Below, in pieces: positions 63,473-64,000 of a DNA stretch of 64,000 nt. Made by a program: the position numbers and the translations under genes. The notes beneath the pieces are model-generated. The model was not told the origin of the DNA. It ran no database searches and saw nothing but the letters and a program-made list of their open reading frames with translations. This stretch comes from Azolla caroliniana (taxonomy: Eukaryota; Plantae; Polypodiophyta): contig JBHGNT010000014.1 of assembly GCA_043228905.1 (NCBI GenBank), forward strand, positions 18,104,001-18,168,000, given 5' to 3'. Position 1 is the first letter of the stretch, and each line of letters starts with the position of its first letter.

Positions 63473-64000
63473 CATTTTTCGGAGATGCTCGGCATTCAGC
63501 ATCTCGATGTGCCGTACTTGAGGGGGAGAACAGGAACATGAAAGAATGGCACCGGATAAGGACCCGGAGAGGAAGAAAGAACCAAGGGGGGAGATAAGCA
63601 TAAAAAGGAAACTGAGCAACAAGTCAGAGCAAACGTCAGCAGCGGTAGAGTCAAGAAGGACAGAGCCGACCGGAAGAAGGCCAAGACCCGGACGTGGTCT
63701 GATGTGGTGAAGGGCCTAGAAACGGAAGACAAGTTGGAGACTACCAGTTCGGACAAGAGTTGGAACGAATAAGAGGAAGCCGATTCGGTTCAAGATTTGG
63801 AGACGTTGGATCAACTAAAGCCCAAGCAGACGAGAAGGCAATGAAAGTCGACACTGACACGGAGGAACCGATGGATCGACAAGCGCCAGAGTCATAACAG
63901 CGAACGAGTTGAAATGGGCTTGTTGAGTAGACAAGCCGACCAAGGAGGTCGAGGTGCGCAGTACCGGACGGGTCGCGGGAAGCGGAACCAGACCGAATGA

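Larger units (their letters stand above)
51678..64000 (+). mobile_element. Ty1/copia LTR retrotransposon A (older, degenerate; 3' end outside the window; hosts two nested insertions)
   Basis: 5' LTR 51678-52051 (TGTTG...GACA), PBS TGGTATCAAAGC at 52052, gag from 52146 (MDRGMANSLPTEKLDRSNYASW), then protease WYVDSGAS, integrase HSDVWGP, RT YVDDL and RNase H. Many stops and deletions. Interrupted at 52708-54017 and 57543-63472; resumes at 63473. Confidence 0.93.

Overview
Eukaryotic, AT-rich land-plant genomic DNA; the intron-rich genes and repeat landscape look fern-like, which is inference only. The first 30 kb holds two convergent spliced genes, reconstructed by hand with consistent GT-AG sites and phases. 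One is a 6-exon NodH/Stf0-like membrane-anchored sulfotransferase (+, 3758-7920, 379 aa) with a (CCCTAA)n telomere-like tract upstream. The other is a 22-exon, 1449-aa glycine-rich/Cys-rich membrane protein of the uncharacterised At4g32920/At5g11700-type family (-, 27887-12780), whose introns carry four 3' fragments of one LINE family. From 30 to 64 kb the window is transposon-derived: a chromovirus relic, convergent tRNA-like SINE units, RTEX-like and L1 LINEs, a Mutator-like element, a hAT MITE, solo LTRs, and a nest of two related Ty1/copia elements. The most notable observations are (1) a copia family whose Pol runs ~240 aa past an internal copy of the PPT, in frame in both diverged copies; (2) a MULE carrying an 89-bp antisense copy of its own transposase 3' end at its 5' end (Mu-killer-like); (3) a repeat unit made of two convergent tRNA-like Pol III heads; (4) an RTEX-like LINE clade with a conserved 3' GGCCA stem-loop. 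No database searches could be run, so family names come from recognised motifs.
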